A DNA stretch of 64,000 nucleotides, from IMG/VR virus record IMGVR_UViG_3300035670_000177, positions 3,212 to 67,211 of that record; one strand, written 5' to 3'. Positions 8,289-19,800 of the stretch are shown one piece after another. Source of the DNA: a virus. The first letter of the stretch is position 1. Every line of letters begins with the position of its first letter. A model generated the notes under the pieces. That model saw only the letters and a program-made list of their open reading frames with translations. It was not told the DNA's origin and searched no databases. Both the position numbers and the translations under genes were made by a program.

Positions 8289-9092
8289 GTGGGAAGTCGT
8301 GAACGCATGATTATGATGGAAGTTGATGGTGTTGAGGTAGAGCTACCACGTAAGAGGACCAAAAAGACAAGGAATGGCGGTGTAAAACCTGAAATTAAGG
8401 AGAAGTTTGCAGAAGCTCGGAATAATCCACCTCCTGTAGTAGCTAAGACAGCAAAACAGAAGGAATATTTCAAACTGCTAGAAGATCCTGAAGTAAAAGC
8501 TATTGTCTGCCTAGGTCTGCATGGAACGGGGAAAACCTTTTGTGCTGCTGTAGTTGCGGCAGATAAGTTCCGTAAAAATGAGATTCAGCAAATCATTGTT
8601 GCTCGTGCTTATGTACAGACAGGCAAAACATCAGGCTATAAACCCGGCAGTAGTTTGCAGAAATTATATCCATATGTTCGAAATGTCCTTGATACAATTA
8701 AGAGTCGTATTGGCGATGGTGCTTACGAAGTTGCTTTGAAGGATGGGGAGTCTGGAGAAATTCAGGTACAAGAGGTTGAAAGTATCAGAGGTCGCTCCTT
8801 CGACCTGCCCAGCTATCTCATAATTGATGAAGCTCAACAAAGTACAGAAGAGGAAATGAAGAGTATCGTAACGCGGGTTTCTGATAATTGTAAGCTAATT
8901 CTATGCGGTGATATTTTGCAGAAGGATATTCAAGGCGAATCCGGTCTTGAATGGTTCATGAAATTCAGCAAACGACACAACTTGAAAGGCGTTGCTGTGA
9001 TTGACTTCTCAGATCCAAGCGAGATTGTACGTGGAGGGCTTGTTCGAGATATTGCGATTGGTTTAATGAAAGATAGAGAGAATAATGAATAA
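8289..9092 (+). CDS. phoH: PhoH family ATPase
   Basis: GLHGTGKT Walker A; RGRSF; IIDEAQ; CGD..Q.D; IVR. Confidence 0.95.
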   Translation: MGSRERMIMMEVDGVEVELPRKRTKKTRNGGVKPEIKEKFAEARNNPPPVVAKTAKQKEYFKLLEDPEVKAIVCLGLHGTGKTFCAAVVAADKFRKNEIQQIIVARAYVQTGKTSGYKPGSSLQKLYPYVRNVLDTIKSRIGDGAYEVALKDGESGEIQVQEVESIRGRSFDLPSYLIIDEAQQSTEEEMKSIVTRVSDNCKLILCGDILQKDIQGESGLEWFMKFSKRHNLKGVAVIDFSDPSEIVRGGLVRDIAIGLMKDRENNE

Positions 9093-10113
9093 TCAAGTTA
9101 AAGATATTGCAGGTGAGAGATTTGGTAGCCTTGTTGCAATAGAACCAACTGGAAAGTCTGACTCAAGTAGAAGTGCGATTTGGCTGTGTATTTGTGATTG
9201 TGGCAATGAGCACGAAGCTGTTTCTAAAAGCCTAAGAAGTGGTCATACAAAGTCGTGTGGGTGTTACTCTTTCAGGCCAAGGAAATACCAACCAGAAGTA
9301 GGAGTAACATACGGATACTTAACTTATGTAAGTGAAGCTCCAAGGATTGTTCGGCCGTCTAAAACTGTGAAGGCTGGTAATTTTACTTGTATTTGCGGAA
9401 AAGAGGTTGTAAAATCTTTTCAAGAAGTTTGTAGCGGAAACATCACCTCCTGCGGTTGTATGAAAGGTAAGGCTGGTATTGCAGATATAACGGGACAAAA
9501 ATTTGATCGACTTACTGCAATTAAAAGAACAGAGGAAAAACGTACTGGAGGATACTTCTGGGAGTGTGTATGTGACTGTGGTAATACAAGACTTGCTACC
9601 GTAGGTGCTTTAAACTCAGGACAAGCACGATCTTGTGGTTGTTTACGGGTTGATATGAATACTACTCATGGTATGACAAAAACTCCGACATATATGTCTT
9701 ACAGGAGTATGTTGGAAAGAGTCGGTAATCCTAAGTTTGACGAATGGTACAGCGATGTAGAAATTCACCCTGATTGGGATATGGATAAAGGAGGTTCTTT
9801 TGAAAATTTCTTACGAGACATGGGAGAACGGCCAGAAGGGACAAGTTTAAACAGGATTAACGGTGCTAAAATATATTCCAAGGATACTTGTGAATGGGCA
9901 ACTTTGAGCATGCAATCTTTTGATCAAAAGCGCAGCAAAGTTAACACATCAGGTCGAACTGGAGTGTTCCAAGTTAAAGAGACTGGAAGATGGGTGGCCC
10001 AAATCAAGAAAAATGGTAAAGTTATTCAGGTGTATAGGGGCGACTCTTTTGAAGAGGCCTGTGAAGCACGCACAAAAGCAGAAATTGAATATTTTGGATT
10101 TTCAAAGGAGTAA
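9085..10113 (+). CDS. HNH-AP2-type homing endonuclease with three Cys-rich repeats
   Basis: Repeated W.C.CDCG...SCGC units; F..DMGERP...L.RI...C.WAT; C-terminal GV...W.A.I...EEA..AR. Confidence 0.9.
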   Translation: MNNQVKDIAGERFGSLVAIEPTGKSDSSRSAIWLCICDCGNEHEAVSKSLRSGHTKSCGCYSFRPRKYQPEVGVTYGYLTYVSEAPRIVRPSKTVKAGNFTCICGKEVVKSFQEVCSGNITSCGCMKGKAGIADITGQKFDRLTAIKRTEEKRTGGYFWECVCDCGNTRLATVGALNSGQARSCGCLRVDMNTTHGMTKTPTYMSYRSMLERVGNPKFDEWYSDVEIHPDWDMDKGGSFENFLRDMGERPEGTSLNRINGAKIYSKDTCEWATLSMQSFDQKRSKVNTSGRTGVFQVKETGRWVAQIKKNGKVIQVYRGDSFEEACEARTKAEIEYFGFSKE

Positions 10114-10117
10114 CAAA

Positions 10118-10876
10118 ATGGCAGAAGAAAATATTTTTCCAATGATTAACGACCAATGCCCAGTAGGACATTCAACTCAAGTTATCAACTCGTTTGATAT
10201 TGTACTTGATGAGAATATTCGTGAACCTGCTTATTATCGAGATGCTTTCCAAGTATTGCGGCAAGCCCAAGCAGGGGACCGCGTAAACTTCTTCATCAAT
10301 AATTCCGGGGGCCGACTTGATACTGCTGTTTGCTTCGTGAACCTTATGAAGGAAACACAAGCGGAAGTTTATGCTTACTTAGAAGGTGATACTCATTCGG
10401 CTGCATCGATCATTGCATTAAACGCCCACATGATCCAAGTTAAACCCTACGCAAGTATGATGATTCATCACGCAAGTTTTGGTTCAGGCGGGACCGTGCA
10501 GAACGTAATGGATCATGTAAACTTCACCAGCAAGCAAACTGAGCGACTGATCCGAGACACCTATAAATTTTTCTTGACAGACACGGAGTTGGATGAAGTA
10601 ATTCGTAATCGTGAAATCTGGCTTACGGATGAAGAAATTGGTGAACGGTTAGAGATTATGTTTGAAGCCCGTGCTAACGAGCCTTGTGATTGTGGTCAAT
10701 GCGGTATTAATCCAGAAGAAGACTTCGAGATGCCGACTCTTGATAACATGATCGCTGACGCAGTTGCACAAGGGATTGAGCAATACGAAAAGAAAAAGCT
10801 TGACGCTGAGAAGAAAGCTGCTCGTAAGACTAAACCAAAAAGTACTATTGCAGAAAAATCTGAGAAACCAGAATAA
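10118..10876 (+). CDS. ClpP-like serine protease
   Basis: INNSGG, HSAAS (Ser), MIHH (His); AGGAG SD before the ATG at 10118. Confidence 0.9.
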   Translation: MAEENIFPMINDQCPVGHSTQVINSFDIVLDENIREPAYYRDAFQVLRQAQAGDRVNFFINNSGGRLDTAVCFVNLMKETQAEVYAYLEGDTHSAASIIALNAHMIQVKPYASMMIHHASFGSGGTVQNVMDHVNFTSKQTERLIRDTYKFFLTDTELDEVIRNREIWLTDEEIGERLEIMFEARANEPCDCGQCGINPEEDFEMPTLDNMIADAVAQGIEQYEKKKLDAEKKAARKTKPKSTIAEKSEKPE

Positions 10877-10882
10877 TTTCAG

Positions 10883-10921
10883 TTGACAGAAGATAGTGTG
10901 CTGCTTTAGTATGGGCACACT
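10883..10921 (+). promoter_or_regulatory. sigma70 promoter with the -10 inside an inverted repeat
   Basis: TTGACA-18-TAGTAT; inverted repeat 10895-10902/10914-10921. Confidence 0.6.
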
Positions 10922-10939
10922 TGATTCAAAGGAGGTGAT

Positions 10940-11927
10940 ATGTCTAAAGAAATCAAAGTAACTGTTGTTGAAGCTTCTGGGATTGATGATTATAGTGACG
11001 ATGAAGGCTTTACTTTCAAACATCCAGCAAAATACTATTTTGTAAACGCATTGGGTCAATATATTTATATTCATACTCGTGATATGAAAGTTGCTGTCGA
11101 ATACATTAAAGAAAACTATGATGGCCGTTACACTGTTCGTACCGCTAAGGAAAGCAAATCGGATAATAATTATACCTGCACTGGAACAACATCGAGGCGG
11201 GGTACTGCTAGCCACCTTCGACCAACTGTTTAGGAGGATATATGAGAGTAAAAATAGAAAAGGTTCTGGATTTACTGAGACAGCTTGAAGAAATTAATAA
11301 ATACCCCATTGATCAAATTGAGTGGATTTACAATAACGAGTCTGTTAAAGTTAGCAAGAAAGAAATTGAAGACTGGAAATTCACTGGGCTTTCTAACGTG
11401 AGTTTTATAGAAATTATTCTGACAGGAGAACTTGAAAAGTGCGTAACAAAGACTTAATCAAAAAGCTAAGTATGTTTGACCCAGAAGGGATTGTAGTATT
11501 GCGAAATTCAGAAGGCAATTCACCTACACTCCATAACGTAGAACAAGAGGAAGGTGTTCACGACCTTGATGGTTGGGATTTGCTTGGTGATTGGAGGAAT
11601 GTAAAAGAAATGGAAGATTTTTATGGATCTTCTGATAGTGATCCTCTAGCTTTCGTTAGTCTTATTGTATTGTCTTAAGGGGGTTGTATGCTATTAGTTC
11701 TTCTTTACCTAAGTATCGGTTTTGTTTTTGGCTGCTTCGTGGTTTACAAAATGCTAGATGTTTGGGGTTGGGATGATCTGCTTGAGGATTTCAATAAGCG
11801 TCTAAAAGGTAAACATACAGAACTTAACGTATTTAAGTTGTCATTTCCAATTTTCACAGTTTCGACAATTACATTTACTTGGCCTTACTTTATTTACTTG
11901 TTTGTAAATAAGAAGTATTTCAAATGA
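10940..11927 (+). other. small hypothetical CDSs (10940-11233, 11242-11457, 11439-11678, 11688-11927 membrane)
   Basis: SD-preceded tandem ORFs. Confidence 0.7.
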
Positions 11928-12340
11928 AAGACATTTACAAACTAGCCTTGATGGATATGGCTTGCAGATTTGGAGAGACATCGTTTGCAACAAGGCTTAA
12001 AGTTGGAAGTTTGATTTATAAAAATGGCTCAGTAATATCGTTAGGTTGTAACGGCCAGCCTCCTGGGTGGGAAACAGAAGTTTGTGAAGATGAAAATGGT
12101 AATACGTTACCAACTGTAAGGCATTCTGAAGATGCGGCGCTACAGAAGCTTTGGAGAAGCACAGAAACCGCTGAAGGTGCCGAAATATTCATTTCACACA
12201 AACCGTGTTTGGCTTGCAGTATCAAAATTGTTACAGCAGGAATTAATAAAGTCTACTACCGTCACGAATACCGCTGTAACAATGGTTTAGAATATCTATT
12301 GAAGCATAACGTTTCTATTGAGAGAATTAATCAAAATTAA
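11924..12340 (+). CDS. dCMP deaminase
   Basis: R.KVG..I...G.NG.P.G...C; HSE..A; PCLAC zinc motif. Confidence 0.9.
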   Translation: MKDIYKLALMDMACRFGETSFATRLKVGSLIYKNGSVISLGCNGQPPGWETEVCEDENGNTLPTVRHSEDAALQKLWRSTETAEGAEIFISHKPCLACSIKIVTAGINKVYYRHEYRCNNGLEYLLKHNVSIERINQN

Positions 12341-12341
12341 C

Positions 12342-12389
12342 TTGCACATCCCGATTTGGTGAGGTATTCTATCTCTACTGGATCGGGAT
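12342..12389 (+). promoter_or_regulatory. sigma70 promoter embedded in a 13 bp inverted repeat
   Basis: TTGCAC-17-TATTCT; inverted repeat 12348-12360/12377-12389. Confidence 0.6.
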
Positions 12390-12425
12390 TTATTGTTTAT
12401 AGGACTTTTAAATGGAGGAAAGAAA

Positions 12426-13702
12426 ATGGCTACAAAGAAGCAGATTTATGCAGAACTCATTGCTCTGCAAAAGAATCTAGAGAAAGCTTGTAATCGAGCA
12501 GAACGCATTAGTCAGAAAATAGACATTCCATCGTTTGCTGAACTGTTCTTTATCAAGACTCAGTTAGACGAAATCATAGAGATGGCTAAGAGTAAGTAAA
12601 TTTAAGGAGAACAAATAATGTACAACGAACACACCGAAGAAGAAATCATCACTCTATATCATAAAGTTGCAAGAGAGCTTAGTTTCTTCAATGCAGCAGA
12701 GGGAGCTTCATGGTATGCTGAATCTGTTGCACGAAATACTTGTCAAAAAGTTTACCGGGAATTGTGTGAAGAATTTAAATCCCGCAATATTCAAATTCCA
12801 CAAGGCGATTATCTGATTTAGGAGATGTGCAATGAACACAGAAGCTAAATACGAATCAATCAAACGTATTAACAAACAGTTGCTTGAGTACGCATCGTGC
12901 CGTCCCGAATGGCACAGGCAGCTTCACGGAGACAGAGAGCTTCATGAGACAATGCAGCTTGCAAAACAGCTTTTAGCTCAAACAGAATACGAATTAGCAC
13001 TTGAAGAAGCTGAACGACTTGAGCTATACTTTGCTGGTGATTCAATCGCATTACACAATATGGAGTAAGAAATGCCTTATGTAATCAGTTTTAATGATGA
13101 AACCGAAAAGTTTGTGATGGATGGGTATGAAGAAACCTATATTGGTGAGCATTTCATGAGTATCGCTAGAAATGAATGTTTAGAAGCAGAGGTCACATCA
13201 GCAATTTGTGAATCTCATGTACTAGCCATTCTTCGTGGTAATGGTGTTGAAATTGAACTTGTAGATATTGATTGGTAGTTTTTACAAAACAAAGGAGAAC
13301 AAAATGGAAATTAAAAACACAACCACTATTCAACTAGCTAGCCTTGACGCATTCTGCCTAGAATTAGGGTATAAACGCACTGTTGATGGCCTTCGTTACG
13401 AATTCATCTACCCTGTTAAAACAGGTGAACGATTCATCAGCCTACGATCAGCAGCAGAGCTTCACAATACTCGTTGGGTTTATCATAAAGTAGCAAAGCT
13501 TTATTTCCCACCAGATCATTGGGGTAAGGCTAATACAGATTCTCCGTTTAAGCTCTCTGCCTATGAATATGAGAAAAGTCAAGCTAGAAAAATTATTGAA
13601 TTTGTGCATTTACAAAAGACTAACGATGGTCGGATTGTCACGCAAAGTCATCAAGTCAAATTTCGGTGTGCGTTTTATTATGAACAATTTCTGGAGGATT
13701 GA
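12426..13702 (+). other. small hypothetical CDSs (~12426-12599, 12618-12821, 12832-13068, 13072-13278, ~13304-13702)
   Basis: Tandem ORFs with GGAG SDs. Confidence 0.7.
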
Positions 13703-13869
13703 GTTATGATGAACTCTGAACGCTCAGCTCTCTTAGAGAAAATTAAACAAGCAGAACATAAAGCTACTGAACAGTTTTACTTGGGCTTACGTAAGGCATT
13801 AGGTGTTGTTAATCGTGCTGATTATCTTACAGAAGAACAGAAGCAGAAGCTTGCAGAGGACTTCTTGAA

Positions 13870-14340
13870 ATGATTCGTCGAATTGCAGCGCTTCGTTATG
13901 TTTGTAAGAAATACAATCTAGGTTACAACTGGAAGATTAACCATTTCAAAGATGTAGGTGCTATTTGCTGGCGTGTAAATGAAGAAACTGCACGATATGA
14001 ATGGCTTGAAGTGAGCTTGTTTAGTAAGAACTTTTGGGATATTCTCTGGCACGAAGTAGGACACCTGTGCTTGAAGCGCTCGATGGATTACCAATCCAAA
14101 CATTGCGAGTCTTTGGGGATTTCTTGGAGATGGGGTGCAATGGCTTCTGATGTTTTGATGGCTGAGGAAGCTTTAGCGTCTAAATTCTCAATCCGTATGC
14201 AGAAAGGCAAAGCTGACAAGAAATGGCTTGAGAAATGTTGGCACAGCTATACAAGCTGGATTATGAAAGACTATACAGAATCAGAAAATCTCGATTTACA
14301 TGTATCAACAATTGCTAGATATGTGAAGGTATTCAAATGA
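13870..14340 (+). CDS. HEXXH zinc-metallopeptidase-like protein
   Basis: LWHEVGHL plus downstream EE.LA..F. Confidence 0.6.
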   Translation: MIRRIAALRYVCKKYNLGYNWKINHFKDVGAICWRVNEETARYEWLEVSLFSKNFWDILWHEVGHLCLKRSMDYQSKHCESLGISWRWGAMASDVLMAEEALASKFSIRMQKGKADKKWLEKCWHSYTSWIMKDYTESENLDLHVSTIARYVKVFK

Positions 14341-14863
14341 TCGAAGAAGTGAGACTGTACTCTACAGTGGCAGGTGAACTAGTAAAGCTTGTACAGACAG
14401 AGACACCAAAATGCTTTGTAGAATATGAGCAATATTTAGCTTTGGAGAAAGCTTACAAAGAACTTGTGGAGAAAGAGAATGACAACTGATAACCTTAAGC
14501 AAATCCATCTGACAAACATCAATAACAAACCTGAGTTATACATTGACGGTCTAATTATACTTGACAAGATAAATTCAGTATATTTCCAAGATGCTATTTA
14601 TCGAGCACGAGATAATACGATTGTTACAAGTACAGGACCTAAAAAGATTATTGATTTGGTGCAACGTGGCTTTACGGTTTACTATTTGAGTTAGGATGAC
14701 TTATGGAAATTACACACATTCCTAGAGGATTTATGTGCTGTGTTTGTGAGAAAGCCTTAGAGAATTGTAGTAAGCTTCCTTTCAACACAACGCAAGTGAT
14801 TCACGTTTTCAAAAATGACAAACTCAAAGAAGTGAAATGTTCTGAATTTAAGGAGAAACAAAA

Positions 14864-15265
14864 ATGATTAAAGGAACGAGAAATCAGTTGGGAAATGTCT
14901 CAAACAGGTTCCAGACAAATACCAAGCGCGTGTTGGCTGTTTGTTCGGCAGGACTTTTACGTTCACCAACTACAGCTAATATTCTTCACAAGGAATTTGG
15001 TTTTAACACAAGGGCTTGCGGCAGTTGTAAAAAGTTTGCATTAATCCCAATCAGTGAAGCTCTTATCCTTTGGGCTGATGAAATTGTTTTTGTAAACCAC
15101 GACAATTGGTTTGACTTAGACGAGGAAGAACAAAACCTGATTCGTGATTCAGAAATTACAGTTCGTATTTTAGACATCCCAGACGAACACTGCTGGGGTG
15201 AACCAGAACTTGAACAGGAGATTATTAAACAATGGAAAGCAAGCAAAGCAGCAATAAATCTATGA
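14864..15265 (+). CDS. low-molecular-weight protein-tyrosine-phosphatase-like protein
   Basis: VCSAGLLRSPTA (CX5RS), WAD.I and L.IPD motifs. Confidence 0.85.
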   Translation: MIKGTRNQLGNVSNRFQTNTKRVLAVCSAGLLRSPTTANILHKEFGFNTRACGSCKKFALIPISEALILWADEIVFVNHDNWFDLDEEEQNLIRDSEITVRILDIPDEHCWGEPELEQEIIKQWKASKAAINL

Positions 15266-15372
15266 GTCGTGAAGAGCTAAAAGAAATGCTGAATCGCCAG
15301 AAAGAGGTTGAGTTTTATAAGCATCAAGATCGAGTAGCTGGCAGAAGTCAGCAATCCTAGAGGACGTTAATA

Positions 15373-15636
15373 ATGAAACCCTTCATAGCTTTTTCTTTCA
15401 TTATAGCTTTAACAGCATGTGCCAATACACAACCTAGATTGAATGGAAGTGGTACACAATATCAAGCTTGGCAAACACAAGTATTAGAAGAATGTGCTAG
15501 GAAAGCAGCTACAATTACTGTACAATTAATGGAAGAAAAGGCTAAGAATGGAATTTATTTGAATGTTGAGCAGGGATATGTTATAAACAGATATGTATTA
15601 GAGCTTTGTTATAAGAGGAATGGGATTGTAATATGA
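15373..15636 (+). CDS. putative lipoprotein
   Basis: Signal peptide with lipobox LTAC. Confidence 0.65.
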   Translation: MKPFIAFSFIIALTACANTQPRLNGSGTQYQAWQTQVLEECARKAATITVQLMEEKAKNGIYLNVEQGYVINRYVLELCYKRNGIVI

Positions 15637-16877
15637 AAATTAACGGGGAAGAAGAAATGAGTAACGAAAATTTTGAACTGATTGACAGTTTTGGTAAGCC
15701 TATTAAGGCTTGGACTAAAGGCGTTCCCGTAGAAGAGGCAGCTAAACAGCAACTACGAAATATTGCAAGTATGCCTTTCATCCATGAACACGTTGCAGTG
15801 ATGCCAGATGTGCACTTTGGTATGGGAGCTACAGTAGGTAGTGTAATTGCTACAACAGGTGCTATTATCCCAGCGGCAGTGGGTGTAGACATTGGTTGCG
15901 GAATGATCGCACAAGAAACGTCGCTACGAGCAAAAGACTTACCTGATAATCTTGCAGCTATTCGTTCAGATATTGAGCGTGCAATTCCTCATGGATTTGT
16001 CACAACTCCGGGACGAGCAATTAAAGGTGGTTGGGAAGTTGCACCAAACTCTGTTATCTCTCGCTACCGTGGGCTTGCAGATCGATACGAAAAGATTGTA
16101 GAAAAGCACCCCAAGATTAATCACAAAAGCCCTCTAAAACAAATGGGAAGTCTTGGTGGAGGAAATCACTTTATTGAAATCTGCCTCGATGAACGTGATG
16201 TAGTTTGGGTTATGCTTCATTCGGGCAGTCGAGGGCCGGGAAACAAGATTGGTGAATACTTTATTGAAAAAGCAAAAGAGGAAATGCTTAAAAACAATGT
16301 ACACCTTCTAGACAAAGATTTGTCTTATCTTGTAGAAGGCTCAGAGCTTTTTGAGGACTATTGCGAAGCTGTTTCATGGGCACAAGATTATGCTATGGAA
16401 AACCGTCTACAGATGATGGAACTAACTTTGTCGGTCCTTCGTAAGCACCTGCCGTCTTTCACACTAGCAAAAAGCGCTGTTAATGCCCACCACAACTATG
16501 TTTCAAAAGAACACCACTTTGGATCGGATGTATTGGTAACTCGTAAAGGTGCAGTAAAAGCAGGACTTGGTGATCTTGGTATTATTCCAGGCTCCATGGG
16601 TGCTAAAAGCTTTATTGTAAAAGGTAAAGGTAATAAAGAATCTTTCTGCTCTTGTTCTCATGGTGCTGGTCGTAAAATGAGTCGTGGGGAAGCAAAGCGA
16701 ACGTTCACAGTAGAAGACCATGTAAAAGCAACCAAGGGTGTTGAGTGCCGTAAAGATAAAGACGTTATCGATGAAACTCCAGCAGCTTACAAGGATATTG
16801 ATGCTGTAATGCTTGCTCAAGCTGATTTGGTAGAGGTATTGCACACACTACGCCAAGTTCTTTGTGTTAAGGGGTAG
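15633..16877 (+). CDS. rtcB: RtcB RNA ligase
   Basis: MPDVH.G.G, GVDIGCG, GGGNHF.E, HSGSRG, HHN, PGSMG, HGAGR, YKDI. Alternative start at 15657. Confidence 0.97.
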   Translation: MKINGEEEMSNENFELIDSFGKPIKAWTKGVPVEEAAKQQLRNIASMPFIHEHVAVMPDVHFGMGATVGSVIATTGAIIPAAVGVDIGCGMIAQETSLRAKDLPDNLAAIRSDIERAIPHGFVTTPGRAIKGGWEVAPNSVISRYRGLADRYEKIVEKHPKINHKSPLKQMGSLGGGNHFIEICLDERDVVWVMLHSGSRGPGNKIGEYFIEKAKEEMLKNNVHLLDKDLSYLVEGSELFEDYCEAVSWAQDYAMENRLQMMELTLSVLRKHLPSFTLAKSAVNAHHNYVSKEHHFGSDVLVTRKGAVKAGLGDLGIIPGSMGAKSFIVKGKGNKESFCSCSHGAGRKMSRGEAKRTFTVEDHVKATKGVECRKDKDVIDETPAAYKDIDAVMLAQADLVEVLHTLRQVLCVKG

Positions 16878-16880
16878 ACA

Positions 16881-19800
16881 ATGATTTTGGAATATCATGT
16901 GATGTCTGAATGTGAACAGAATTTACTAGACATAGAACTAGAAACACGGGATAAGTTAGATATTGACTTATATAGTGAAGGTCCATTTGCTTGTTATAAC
17001 TCTATACAATTGAGTAAACGACAGGTTGAACACTTGATTGATCAACTTATGGTATTCCATTCAGAAATGGAGGATTAAACATGATTGAAATCACAGAAGA
17101 AATGAAACAAGCTGCACAGCAAGCTAAGAAAGACAAGATTGCTTATGCTAAAGAATATCTTGATTTAGATTGGGGTGATGATGAGAAGCATTGGCGTGAG
17201 CTTAGTAAGACGTGAATATGTGTGCTATTATGTGTTTCGTTTAAATTAATGCTGAAAAAGACGGGGTAAATGGTATGGAACTTGAGACGGAAGAACAATT
17301 CTTTGATAGAATGCGAGAATTGGCAAGAGAAATTGATAGTAACCAAAGAGATTATGTGGCCTCAAACGGGTGCTATGCTGAATCTGGCTACGACTTCTTT
17401 GAACAACAAGTAAGAGAAGAATTTGAAGAATATGCTCGAAGACAGGGTTATGATATTACACGAAATAGGGAGTACAGCTTCTTCTACGCTGACGGTAGGA
17501 CAGAAGATGCTTGGAGAATGTATCATCAAGCTCATGTAAGGGGTAGGGAGTTTCAGATTAAAAGGATTGAAGCTTCGCTTAATACTAGATTGGTTGGACA
17601 CGAAGGTTAAATAACATGGAAAAGATTATTTATGTTGTAAAGCGATATGAACTGGCAGACACAGGTCTAATTGATTACCCAAATGTCCTTCAAATCTTTG
17701 ATGAGAAAGCTTTTGTATCTCAACAAGATGCACAAGACTATAAGAATTCCCTAGATCCAACAGACGATGGTTTTGAATACACTTGTCCTTGTGGATGTGG
17801 TGATGTACACTGGCGTTCTTGGGAAGTAGAACCGCTTGTTCTGTCTTTGCCTGGCTTACCTAAACAAGAAAAGCTGGGTAATGAGTTTGCACAAATGATT
17901 GAGGATAACTTCTGGGAGTTGGTGATTAAATGAAATACAGAGTAACGCTAGAATACGGCCTATACGAACCACAGTTTCGAGAGTGGTTTATTTGGAAGAA
18001 CACTTCTTACCCCTCGGTAAGCTTCCATACGCTTGAAGAAGCGTTAGAGGAAATCGAAGCACACAAGAAAATGCTTTCAAACCGAGGTAAACAAGTTGTG
18101 TGGGAAAGCAATCCAATTCCAAGCGAAGGGTATAACATTAATTTCTTTACGGATGTTGAACGACCTAAGACGCCTCCTGTAAAACCACCGAAGGGCAGAT
18201 AAGATGAGCGATTACAAAGATAATCATGATCTATTCCTTGAAGAATGGGGAACACCAGAACAGAAAGCTCAATTAGCTGACCGAAGGGAACGAATGCAAG
18301 AGTTCCTAAAAGATATCCAAGTGTTGACTGTTGAAGATGCAATAAAGAGGAGTTTTAATTTTGATTATTTTCAAAACAAGCAATGACCCTGTAAAGTCTT
18401 GTCAATTATACAGAGAATTGGGGTGTAGTCATGTGGACGGAATGTTGTGTGATTTCCCTAAATGCAGCATGTTGAAAGATTACAAAGAAGTAAAGGAGAA
18501 AAGGTAATGTTCTTCTTAGGGTTGATAGTCGGAATTATTACAGTGGTAGTTATCGGGATAGCTTTAATTTATGATGCGTTTATGAATAATAAACTATGAC
18601 AAACATTCTTAAATTCCAGCCTAAAGAAAAGAAAGAATGGATTGGACAAATATCCTTGACATTCCATGTGCAAACAGATATTCTTGATGACGGAAGTGTT
18701 TGGTATCGTGTTGGCACACAAAACCTTCGGGATAAAGAAATTATTTGGGATGAGTGGAGGAAGGTGGATGAAATATAGACAACGAGATTGTGACTGGTGC
18801 ACAAAGGAGTGGGAAGGATACGAAACAAAGCCCGGATACTATCAGTACATTGAAGGTGGGACTTTTGAAATCTGTGGAGCTTGCAACGGAACAGCTTTGA
18901 TTGACGATCATTGTTATTGCTATGCACGTTACAGCGGTGAGTGTTGCTGTGACTACAGAGGCTGGGATGAATAATGCCCAAACACGAACGATCAGAATAC
19001 ATGAAAGGTGTTCTCTTCGCTGAAGAGCAGAAAGAGGTTGGTTGGATGTTTAAGGGTTGTAATTACGAAGAACAGAGCTTAGAATGGCAATGGAGTTCTT
19101 CTGAAGGCTGTGAGAAACCAAGGCAGATTCTCTTTGCAGAGAATGAATTCTTCGATGGTGTAATTGATTATCAGAAACATATTGAGAGGTTGGAATGATT
19201 TATCTTGTGATTTGTTTGTGGGTACTAGGGTCAATCTTGTGTTATGCTTCATTAGCAGAAGAGCCTATGGAGATTGGAGAAAAGGTTGCATGGATTGTCT
19301 TATGGCCGTTCCTGACAGCGTCTGGAGTTGTGTTAGGTGTAACGCTCTGGATTTATGAGACTATTACTGGAAAGAAAGTGAGGTTTTAAATGAAATATAA
19401 ATATAAGCAAGGCGATGAGGTTGCCCTATACTCAGTCTGTGGTGGGGAAATGGGAATCAAAGTTGTGGTATATACGTGTTACACTTCAGATGAAGAGAAT
19501 CATCCAGCAGCACCTCACAATAGGTACGTGGTTTATCGACCGAAGAACAACGGGAATTTGATTGACTACCATCTGTACGATGTATCTGAAAATGAGCTGG
19601 GCGAACGTCGAGAAGGAAATATTGATCTATGAATGTACAAATGGTTCCATCAGTCACTGAGAATGAAGCTTGGGAAGCTTTGAATGCTAAATTCGGAGAG
19701 CAATTCGTCATTCCTCCTACTTGTTATTTCGAATATTGGGCATATCCGCAAGTGTTTGGTAGTACAGCAGGACCATTTAAGGGTAAGATTGCAGGGCAAG

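Noticed and set aside
9920-10117. N-terminal extension of the ClpP-like ORF from 9920
   Set aside because: It overlaps the HNH-AP2 gene; a strong SD supports the ATG at 10118.
17081-17274. Possible truncated gene or frameshift after the 44 aa ORF
   Set aside because: No convincing continuation in another frame; it cannot be judged without homologs.
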